Assembly (NCBI GenBank): GCA_964016885.1
Contig: OZ024741.1
Span: 362,080,001-362,144,000 of the forward strand
DNA from: Eledone cirrhosa
Lineage: Eukaryota
DNA: 64,000 bases
Reading direction: 5' to 3'
The notes beneath the pieces are model-generated. The model was not told the DNA's origin. It saw only the letters and a list, made by a program, of their open reading frames with translations, and ran no database searches. Of the stretch, positions 54,400-64,000 are shown one piece after another. The translations under genes and the position numbers were made by a program. How positions within the stretch are numbered: the first letter of the stretch is position 1; each line of letters starts with the position of its first letter.

Positions 54400-57260
54400 A
54401 ATGGGATTTAGTTGTGTTGGCTTTTGTGTGTGTTTGATGTATACCAAGGTCATGTGACCTGGTAGAACGGGGGGGGGGTTAAAGAGAAAGGAGAGGATGA
54501 ATAGTAATACTGGGTAGGGAACTGAAGTGGTATTTTTTTGAAAATCTGATGCTTGCAACATTTGGTGGCAGCTACGAATAGCTTTGTTCTCAAATATTTG
54601 CTAATCACTGGTAACATTTGAACATTTTATATATTTTCTGTGGATATTTGGACTGTGTTTAGTTTCTTGGGCATATTCTGGATTTGTGATTCATGTACTT
54701 TTGCTGAATATGGCCAAAGCAGATATAAGAAAGCTTGCTACTTTGCCACAACGATTCAATGGAATTCAAGGTGATGGTTTTGTGACCTAGAGTGAAAAGT
54801 TTTATGTTGTATTGCACATGATGTTAAATATGAGTAAAAAGTCTCTTTGTTTCCAACTTTACTCGGAAATTCAGCTTTTGCAATATATAGAAGCATTTCT
54901 GATGGAAACAAAAATGATTATACAAAAATGAAACAGGTTTTCATGGAGGCATTTACCTTGGAAGCCACGTTAGAAACATTTTGTGCAGAGCTAATTCATC
55001 GAAAGAGGAGGGAAGGAGAAAATTTGGTAGTCTATGCTGCTGAATTGAAGTGGCTTGTTTCTAGAACTTAACCAAAATTCAATGATGAGGCAGTAAAAGT
55101 TATGGTAATCACACACATCATACATGGAATTGAGAACCAATAATAAGGAACCAATAATAAGGAACCAAAGACTGTTGTTGAAGCAGTCAAATTAGCTAGC
55201 AAAGTGTAGAAAATGTAATCAAGTTGTCACTTCAGGAGGGTTTATCTCATAAAGATGAAAATAATTCTTTGCTTGATCAAACATGCAAGTACAACGTTCA
55301 GCCATTGCAAAATAAAGTGGATTCATTAAGGGAACAAATCCAAGTGATGGCTACTCAGTTAAAGGAGTTTAGTAATCCCAAAGCACCATTGATTTGTTAT
55401 GGGTGCGGGGCCCAAGGTCATATTCAAAGAGTTCAGGAATAGTTCTTAATTACATTCTGAATTACATTCATGACATGTGCTTATGACCGTGGGTCAAGAG
55501 GTGTTGGAGGGAGACACATTAGCAGAGATACATATTATACTTGTGCTGGGATTGGTCACTTTGCAAAAGATTGCCCATCATTCCAGGACAAATCTTTAAA
55601 CTAAACTGCGCCAACACAAAGGATACATTCCACGCAATAATGTCAGTGCAAAATCCTTGCTAGCAGGGAAAGCAGACATTAAAATACGATGATGATGATG
55701 ATAATGATGATGATGATAATGACGATGATGGTGGTGGTGGTGGCGGCGATGATGGTGGTGGTGATGATGTTGATGATGATTGCTCTATGAAAGCACTTGT
55801 TGATACAGGGTCAGCTCTGATGATAATCAGTGAAGTATTTAAAAAGAATCATGATGTTTTGAAATTTAAACAGCTAGAACCTGCTAGCCATGATAGGGCA
55901 ACACAATAGCTAATGGTGAATATATTGATGTACTGGGGATGGTTCAAGTAAAATTTGACTTTGGAAGGGAAGAGTTTTTCTATTCAGTGTATGTTGCAAG
56001 GAACTTCTCTTATCCAATCGTATTGGAATGGGATCTATTTATGGCAACTAAAACCAAAATTGATTTCAATGCTGGCTTTACTGACATGAAAAGTGTCCGA
56101 TTATCTTTTATTCTAAAGTGGAAAATCTTTCCTATGATCCCTAGTGTAACAATAAATAAGAACATTAGTGTTCCCCTTAGAAGGAAGGGATCAGTTCAGG
56201 TAAATAACATTGATATAATTCCAGATGGGTTCACCAGTGTTGTTGAGTCACAGAATATTGCAAACTATGAGAATATATTGGTTGCAAGAACAACTATCTC
56301 CATTTTGAGTGGGATAGAACTGGTTCAGGTAATGAATACATCTACTGTCCCAATAGAAATAAAGAGTGGCCTTCCAGTTGGTATCTTTTATACTGTTGAT
56401 AATGTGGTTGCAAAGGTGAGCATGTATTAATTTATGGAATCATCATTAGCATTTACAGTCAATAATCATGTAAAACAAACTCCTGTTCAAATTTCATCTG
56501 TAACAAGCCAAAGCAAAGTCACACAGAGTTTGACAGTCAGCTATTATCAATAGATGAAAAAGTCAGGGTGTAATCACTAATGAATGAATATCATGACATA
56601 TTTAGTACAGGCCCTAATGATATAGAAAGAACAAGTGTAGTAACATATCAAATTTACACCAATAATCTTTCACCAAACAAACAGAGACCTCTAAGAATCC
56701 TAAAGAGTCTAAAAGAGGAAGTCAATAGAAAGATCTCTGAGATGTTGAAAAGTGGTATTATTGAAGAAAATCAAAGTCCATGGGATCACCAGTTGTTTTA
56801 GCTCATAAGAAAGATGACTCATACTGATATGTTATTGACTACAGGAGATTAAACAGTATAACACACAAAGACACGCACCCATTACCACGAGTTGATGAAT
56901 GTCTTGATGTTCTTTCAGGATCCCATATTTTCTCAGTCATGAATTTGGCCTCTAGTTACTGGTAGGTCGAATGTGAAAATGCAGATTGGGCCAAAACTGC
57001 TTTGATCACAGGAAATTGGCTTTACCAGTTCAAAGTAATGCCCTTTGGCCTTACAAATAGACCAGCTATGTTCCAAATACTCATGCACTTTATGGTAGTT
57101 GGTCTGGAAAGGTGAATATGCTTTATATATCTTGATGATAATTGATTCTTGGACAGTACCAGAACGTATATTGATTTTTTAAAGAAAGTTTGTTTAAGAA
57201 TGTGGGAACTAAGGTTAAACCTAAAACCTTCAAAATGTCAATTTTCTTAATAGTCATGAC
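54400..57260 (+). mobile_element. Degenerate Gypsy LTR retrotransposon 5' half (LTR end, PBS, gag, protease, RT)
   Basis: ...GCAACA at 54560, then PBS-like TGGTGGCAGC. Gag knuckles CYGCGAQGH and YTCAGIGHFAKDC; protease ALVDTGS; RT VIDYRRLN, HPLPRVDE, YQFKVMPFGLTN, IYLDD. Many stops. Confidence 0.85.
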
Positions 57261-57363
57261 CAGCTTACTCGTCTTACTAATGGATTCATCATAATCATTA
57301 AGTAGTTGCCCCCTCTGTTTCTCTTTCTTTCTCTCTCTCAAACACACACACACACACACACAA

Positions 57364-57399
<36 letters not shown>

Positions 57400-57439
57400 T
57401 CTCATTCTCTATCTATCTTCCTTTATCCCTCTCTCTCTC

Positions 57440-58965
57440 CTCAGTCACATCTGTGGGGAATATGCATTCAAGGACTGTAGGAGAAATATCATGACAAGCA
57501 AGATACATGGATTACTTCAAAATAAAACTTGAAGATCAAGATAAATGTTTTACTCCACATATTGTATGCAAAGGTTGCAGTAATCGACTTTCCTTCTGGT
57601 ACTGTGGCAAGCTGAAGCAAATGACAGTCGCCACTCCAATGACATGTCGAGAACAAAGTGACCATTCTACTGATTGCTATTTCTGCATTACTAATGTTGA
57701 GGGGTTCAATGAAAAAACTGCAAAGTATATCAGGTATCCTAATTTGCCATCTGCCATAAGACTACAGTTATATGAAGATGGAATTTCTCCTGTGCTAAGC
57801 AAGCAACCATTGAGTGAGTCAGGTGATGATTCCAATGACGAAACTGGATGTGAAGACCAAATAGATGACAAGTATTTTGAAGTTCCTCATTCACTCTCTA
57901 AAATAAATCAAGAACAACTGCATCATTTTGTTTGAAAGTTGGGGCTCTCTAAGAATGATGCTTACCTGGCTGAAACAATGCTCAGAGAATTTGGTGTCTT
58001 AGCTCAAGAAACAAAAACAACAGCATATAAACACCAAGAGAAGAAATTCATTGAATTGGTTTGATGATAGCACTGGGGATTTCCTCTGATGTGAAAACAG
58101 ATTAGTGGTTATTCATTGATGCTAGTGTTTCCAGCTTCAAGGCAGTCATTTTGCATGTTAAGAATAAGTACCCAGGGATACCAATGGGTTATTTGAGGAA
58201 GGCAAAAGTGTCATACAACACTATCAAGATGTTATTTTCCCTGATCAGGTATGATGATTTGAAGTGGAAAGCTGTTGGGGATTTGAAGATCATAAGTTTT
58301 TTAACTGGAATGCAAAAGAGCTATTCAAAGATTTGCTGCTTCTTGTACCTGTGGCAAAGCCGGGCTCGAAATGAGCAGTACAGTCGACAGGATTAGCCTG
58401 CACATCATACACAGAGATCAGGGAACAAAACCATTCACACTAGTTTCACTTGAGCTAATTGTGTTACCACCACTACATATTAAACATGGTATTTTCAAAA
58501 ATGTTGTGATATCACTGGACCTGAAGGGAAACAAATCAAGTTGACGAAAGATATCTTTCCCTGATTAAGCAAAGCAAAAACTAAAGAAGGCGTGTTAACT
58601 GGACTAGACACTTGAAAATTGATGAAGAATCAGATGTTCAAAGATTCATTGAATGAAGTTGAATAACAAACTTATGATGTGTAAGAGAAAGTCGAACATT
58701 TTCTAAGAATGAACCGAAGCCCAAATTATAAGGCAATCATAGCTGACCTTCTGGGTTAATTTGATGCACAGGGTATCAAAATGTCCTTGAAGATTCACTT
58801 TTTAAGGAGGCACTTGGATTTATTTCCTTTAGACTGGGACAAGATCTGTGAGTGGAGTATATGTTGAATATCTTATAAATCAAAATGTAGATGGGATGGA
58901 GCCAAACGGATTTCATATTCATAAAGAACACTCTAAAATTAACTAATACCACCTAAAGTAGTGTT
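57440..58965 (+). mobile_element. Degenerate DNA transposase, probably CMC/Chapaev3-type
   Basis: QDK..TPHIVCK.C, REQSDH..DCYFC, YPNLPSAIR, LFIDAS..SFKAVILH, GDLKII..L.GMQ, LPPLHIK.G, MSLKIHFL..HLD. Superfamily assignment is from memory of motifs. Confidence 0.65.
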
Positions 58966-61924
58966 TGGTAAAAAAAAAAAAACTAGCGTCATGCAGCATA
59001 ATTCCTTTTTCTATTGCTCTTGTTGTTTTAGCCCAAGGCAACGCTGATTGAGCAGACCTATTATCAAAAATATCCTAGCCACGTCTCTTATGAGTATGTA
59101 GATTATTGAATATGTTATTTCCTTTTTCAAGACACTAGATTGTGATTGAAGGGAGGTTTAGCTGATATTTCCAGCAGGTCGACCGATTATATAGATGCTC
59201 CCTTATGCTCTGTTATCTGTAAGTATTTTAGGGCTTATTGTATTAAATCGATCATATAACTGCTGTAGTAATATATGCTGCTACTCGTGTCTTTAGTACT
59301 ACAACCATAGCTATTGATATCTCAATAAACATTCAAGTAAACGTCTAACATGGGCCGGCAAGTGGTGAAGCTGAGAATGGTGGATGTACAGCTAAAGATA
59401 GACATCTGGTGGCTGGTAGTAGCCATATAAAGCGATGAAGGTGTAGCAAGCTACTTTCCTTTGGCGCATTGATACCCTGTCCGTGCGTGATTTGGCTAAG
59501 TTAGGCCAATCACTAGCCGCGCACGGATATGTATTTTCAACTCCTAAACCGAGAATTTCCTGCTACTTTTAATAAATTCATTCTCTTGCAGCTTTGACTT
59601 TTTGCTGAGCATTTTGTTTTTGCTCCGCAACCATTAACCAACATGTAACACAACAGAGTAACCACGGGTTTGGCTAACACCTGAGCCAGTGAACTGTGCC
59701 TTCTGAAACGTTATTTTGTTTGTTTCATTTGTTTTGGCATGCCAGCTCAATCCAGCTCTTCTCACCTAAACCTTCGTCAATAAATTATACCTTTTCTGTT
59801 ACGACAAACTACATATTGTCGTTAATATTTTTTAACAACTATATTGGTGACCTCTGTAAATACAAAAATACAAACAAATACATTATTGTTACATATTCTC
59901 ATTGTTGATATTACTCGCTGCTAAAAGTGTTAATACACTGTTAAAAGGGAAATGGGGAAATATTCTTCAAATAAAATGCTTACTTGATCGAGCTGCTAAA
60001 CAGTACGCAATCGTCTTTTGACAGTCGAGGGCAGAAGGCCCAGGTGCCACATATATTTCTGCCTGCAACAACAGGCAGAAGGAATAAATCCTGCCACCTC
60101 ACACCAACAGCAACAATAGTAAGAATCGCAGCAGTAACAACAGTCACAGCATCAGCTGCTCAATAAGTAGTAACAACAACAACAAACAATAAAAGCAATG
60201 GCAGCAGCAATAGCAACAATAAAATATACAAGAACAACTTCACTTCATAAACTTCCCTCTCATAAGCAGAAATAGCAAGGAGTTGAAGTATTACTGGACA
60301 CTGCATACATACTATGCAAAATACGTCCTGTCAAATAGAAACAACAACACCATCAAAACAAAACAAAAAAAAAAAAAGAAATGGCCATACTCAAGGCATA
60401 TAGGGCTATGAAAATACCCAGCTGGGATATCTGCATCTATACTGTTCATCTGTCAATAATTTCTACTGACTTGTATCCACAATCAGTAGAGGTCACTTCG
60501 ACTGGTCGTCTGTATAGATCATCTGGTTAGATCGTTTGTTTAGGTCGTCTGATTGAGTTTTTCTATCGGACTTCTGTATCTGAACCAATTGCTTGTCTTT
60601 AAGAATACTCTTCATAGATTGTTGAAGAAGCTGTTTAGCTCCAAATCAACCCTAATTGATCAGACTTATGATCAAAAACAGTCTGGACATGATCATCTGT
60701 GTCCTTTCTTTCTTTAAAGATAGCAGAATGTGGTTTGGGGGAGATTTCGCTGCGGTTTCTAACAGCTTAAGTAACCATGTTGGCTCGTCCTTTTTATTTA
60801 TTCTTCTGTATTATTGGTCGTCTGTTTGTTTCGCTCTTTGTTTCCGATGTTCGGTGTGATGTTTCATACGTTTAAATTCCATGAGACTGTTGCAGTAAAC
60901 ACAAGTGATATGCTAAAGTCGAATAAATCAACTATGTCCATTCTCTTGAACCAACAACATTTTTGAAATCTTAAAATAATATATCAAGATCCAATGTATT
61001 TGTGCACAATATCAAATGAGAATGACGTTGGACCATGATCTTACATTTTATGAGTTCAATTCCAGATGGATCATTTGAATACAGAATGGTTGAATCGATA
61101 TGCAAAAGCAAAAATAAAATAAAATAAAACTATGAGTTAGTTCAAATAATGTTTCCTGTTTGTATCAGATATTTGAATAAGGATTTATATATCATATAAC
61201 CATATTTCGTTTGATACTGTTAAATAGTTTCGCAACCTCTCGAAATCATTGTAATCGACTTACTGCCAGATCTTGAATTGTTCTTTCATCTTAAACTGAA
61301 GTGTTTTTAAAATTAGGTTGAAGGTCAATTGTTTTAGAAAGAAAGGAATATTTGTTTGTGCGTGAGATGCTGAAGGAAAATATTCACGACAGAGCTGGAA
61401 TTAATAATCAATTTTATGAAGATCTTATCAGACAACCAATAAGCATGAATGGTATATGAATACGAGGACAGTTGTAGGATGCGTGAGTACGAGAATTGTC
61501 CTGTAAAGGAGAGGCTTGAGATGGAAAATACGTCCGGTTAAATGACAACTTTAAAAAATCCAGAAAAATTGACAATGATAATGAGGTGTTTTTCAAATAA
61601 AACCAATCTAGTCTGACTGGCACGAGCAATTGACTTGTTGCCTGTAGAATGGAAGCGGACATTGGCTGTCTAGAGTGGACATTGGCTGTCTAGAGTGACT
61701 GCCCGTTAAGTGGACATCTTATGAATTTCAGAGAAAAATTTTAACGTAATGAGAGGCACATTCACCGACAATAACCGCTCGTTTTTTTAGCACAAGTATA
61801 TCCGATTCTGAAAATAGTTATGAGATTATTTGACACAGGGAATCTAGTGTATTGAAAGTAACACTATGATTCTTTATATTGGATGGTTTGAATATAGATG
61901 GATAGATAAGATATACAAAGAAAG

Positions 61925-62125
61925 CTAACATAGACACAAGGCCAACAATTTTTAGGGAGGAGAAAGTCAATTATATAGATAACAGTACTTGACTGATACT
62001 TTATTTTATCGATCCTTAAAGGATGAAAGTCTAAGTTGACCTCGGCGGGATTTGAACTCAAAATGCAAAGAACCGTAATTAAATGCCGCAAAACATTTTG
62101 ACCGACGCTCTAATGATTCTGGTAA
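61925..62125 (-). mobile_element. Diverged Nin-like SINE
   Basis: Reverse complement of the SINE core, including the B-box-like GAGTTCAAATCCCGCC. Confidence 0.65.
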
Positions 62126-62314
62126 TCAAACACCCCAAATATGCAAATAATATAATATAGGGCAAGGGTCGGCACTTTTGGTGTGTGTGGTCCACATAGC
62201 TATGCAGTCTCGTCAGCGGGCCATGATCTATATTAATAAAGCTGTCGGTCGTATCTATGTAACAAACTTTTGGCAAAACGGCTGGACCAAACAGCAGCAA
62301 ATTTGCATATATGT

Positions 62315-62317
<3 letters not shown>

Positions 62318-62405
<88 letters not shown>

Positions 62406-62827
62406 TGTGTGTGTAACGTTTTTCGAAATATTTACTTCTGCGTTCACAGATTGATTCTTTTAGTTTCAGAAGATCCCGTTAAGGGTGAAAGCAGCGATTC
62501 TTTGCTTAAACTTTAATCTGTTATTTTAATATATATATATATATATAATTATATATTCGTGTACAGATATTTTTGCATACACAATAACAAAATATAAACA
62601 AACGTATTTATTTCACGAGGCTCGATAAGGATAAATATATATCAAATATATAAGAACCCTAGAGCAAATCCCGAGCAACGCCGGGCCATTCTGCTAGTAT
62701 ATATAAAAATAACAGATTAACGTTTAAGCAAAGAATCGCTGCTTTCGCCCTTAACGGGATCTTCTGAAACTAAAAGAATCAATCTGTGAACGCAGAAGTA
62801 AATATTTCGAAAAACGTTATACACACA

Positions 62828-62901
<74 letters not shown>
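62318..62901. repeat. Inverted repeat (~128-bp unique arms plus mirrored (TG)/(TA) tracts) enclosing a Helitron-like 3' end
   Basis: 62401-62528 is near-identical to the reverse complement of 62706-62832. Confidence 0.85.
62670..62697 (+). mobile_element. Helitron-like 3' terminus
   Basis: GC hairpin CCCGAGCAACGCCGGG followed 8 nt later by CTAG|T. Confidence 0.6.
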
Positions 62902-62902
<1 letters not shown>

Positions 62903-62994
62903 TATAGCGTCATAATGCCGTAATGCAGACAGCCAGACATACAGACAGATTTTATAAGGGCGCGACGTTATATCTATGTATCTATCTAAAAAGA

Positions 62995-63084
62995 AAGACT
63001 AAGTATTACATGTGTAAAGTTTGAAAACAATCGATTGGGTGGTTCTCGAGTTTTAGGGAGTCAGACAGACAGACAGACATTCTC

Positions 63085-63095
<11 letters not shown>
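62995..63095 (-). mobile_element. Non-autonomous Helitron (DINE/Lep1-like) 5' end
   Basis: Minus strand TATATAAAACAGAGAATGTCTGTCTGTCTGTC...CTCGAGAACC...TTCAAACTTT, the typical layout with a (GTCT)n microsatellite. Confidence 0.5.
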
Positions 63096-63138
<43 letters not shown>

Positions 63139-64000
63139 TATTATATTTAGAGTTTAAACTCAAACAGTCATTTACAATTAATTAGCTCAAAGAAAGAAGC
63201 ATTTCTGAGCCGTGAAATACAAGTTAATATAAATTAATATATGATAAACACCTAAGTGTTTGTATTGTAAAAGACGAAGTTAGCTAGAATGAAATAAACT
63301 AATTCAAATAAATATAGCTTGCCTGTATCAATTTAAAATAATAAATCAATATACACAAACTCATATTGGCAAATAGCCGTGGTACCTGGACAAATTTAAA
63401 TTTCAAAATTCAAACCTTTTCCGCAGATCAATCTGAACTTCAAAATCCAAACAAGTTTCGCAAACGATGGTATAAAAAGTGAAATAATCAATTTTCTGTG
63501 CTTATCAACAGGTACCCAGAAAAATTAGGTTACTTCACCTCGGAAAAATGTTGAAGGTCTGGTTTACGAGCACAAAACGCACGAGGTTTTGCACTCGGTT
63601 TTTCCAGCTCTCTAGTTATCTCATATTCATGGCGCTAGAAATAACACCCGTTTATATGGGATTAAAAATTAGCTCTACCGAAGGAGCAGTAATATCATAT
63701 TATATATATGTATATATATATATTGTTATGCTTTGGGAGGGTCATGTTGCCAATAAGAAACACACGCACCAATTGCTTTCATTTCAATTTATTATAAATT
63801 AAATTTATAAATTAAGGAATTTATAAATTTCCGGTTGGTTGGTTGGTTGGTTATATATATATATGGATGCCGTAGAACACGCCAATGGTAGTCAGGCGCC
63901 AGCCGGACGGACCAATTAGTATTAAATAAGTAATGAGAACATATGTAAAAACGAATACAGTAATATGATAAAATACTATGACATTTTTAATAAACTGTGA

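Noticed and set aside
59479-59530. Imperfect inverted repeat with CCAAT, as a promoter or ncRNA
   Set aside because: No associated gene or second copy in the window; cannot be supported.

Overview
Eukaryotic, AT-rich, microsatellite-dense DNA that is almost entirely transposable-element derived. The tRNA-type SINEs with a Nin-like core, plus (TA)n/(CA)n tracts, suggest a mollusc, possibly a cephalopod (inference). I can support no host protein-coding gene; most short ORFs are translated microsatellites. Contents: two Penelope-like (PLE, GIY-YIG) 3' fragments, a near-full-length Tx1/L1-clade LINE (19.1-25.1 kb), degenerate CR1, RTE, CRE and R4/Dong LINE pieces, a deleted mariner, hAT MITEs and a hAT relic, a degenerate Gypsy, a Chapaev3-like relic, Helitron ends and many SINEs. 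The most notable signal is a set of type I hammerhead ribozyme (HHR) elements. The largest is a 4.8-kb array of apparently identical 311-bp monomers (15 intact HHRs), folded head-to-head and embedded in (TA)n, i.e. retrozyme-like. A related ~310-320-bp family with a different HHR lies next to it. Several other HHR elements share the same fold-back layout, with 3' ends pointing outward. At least two families carry the compensatory U3-A8 core (UUGANAA) instead of C3-G8. All structures were read by eye; none was computed or tested.
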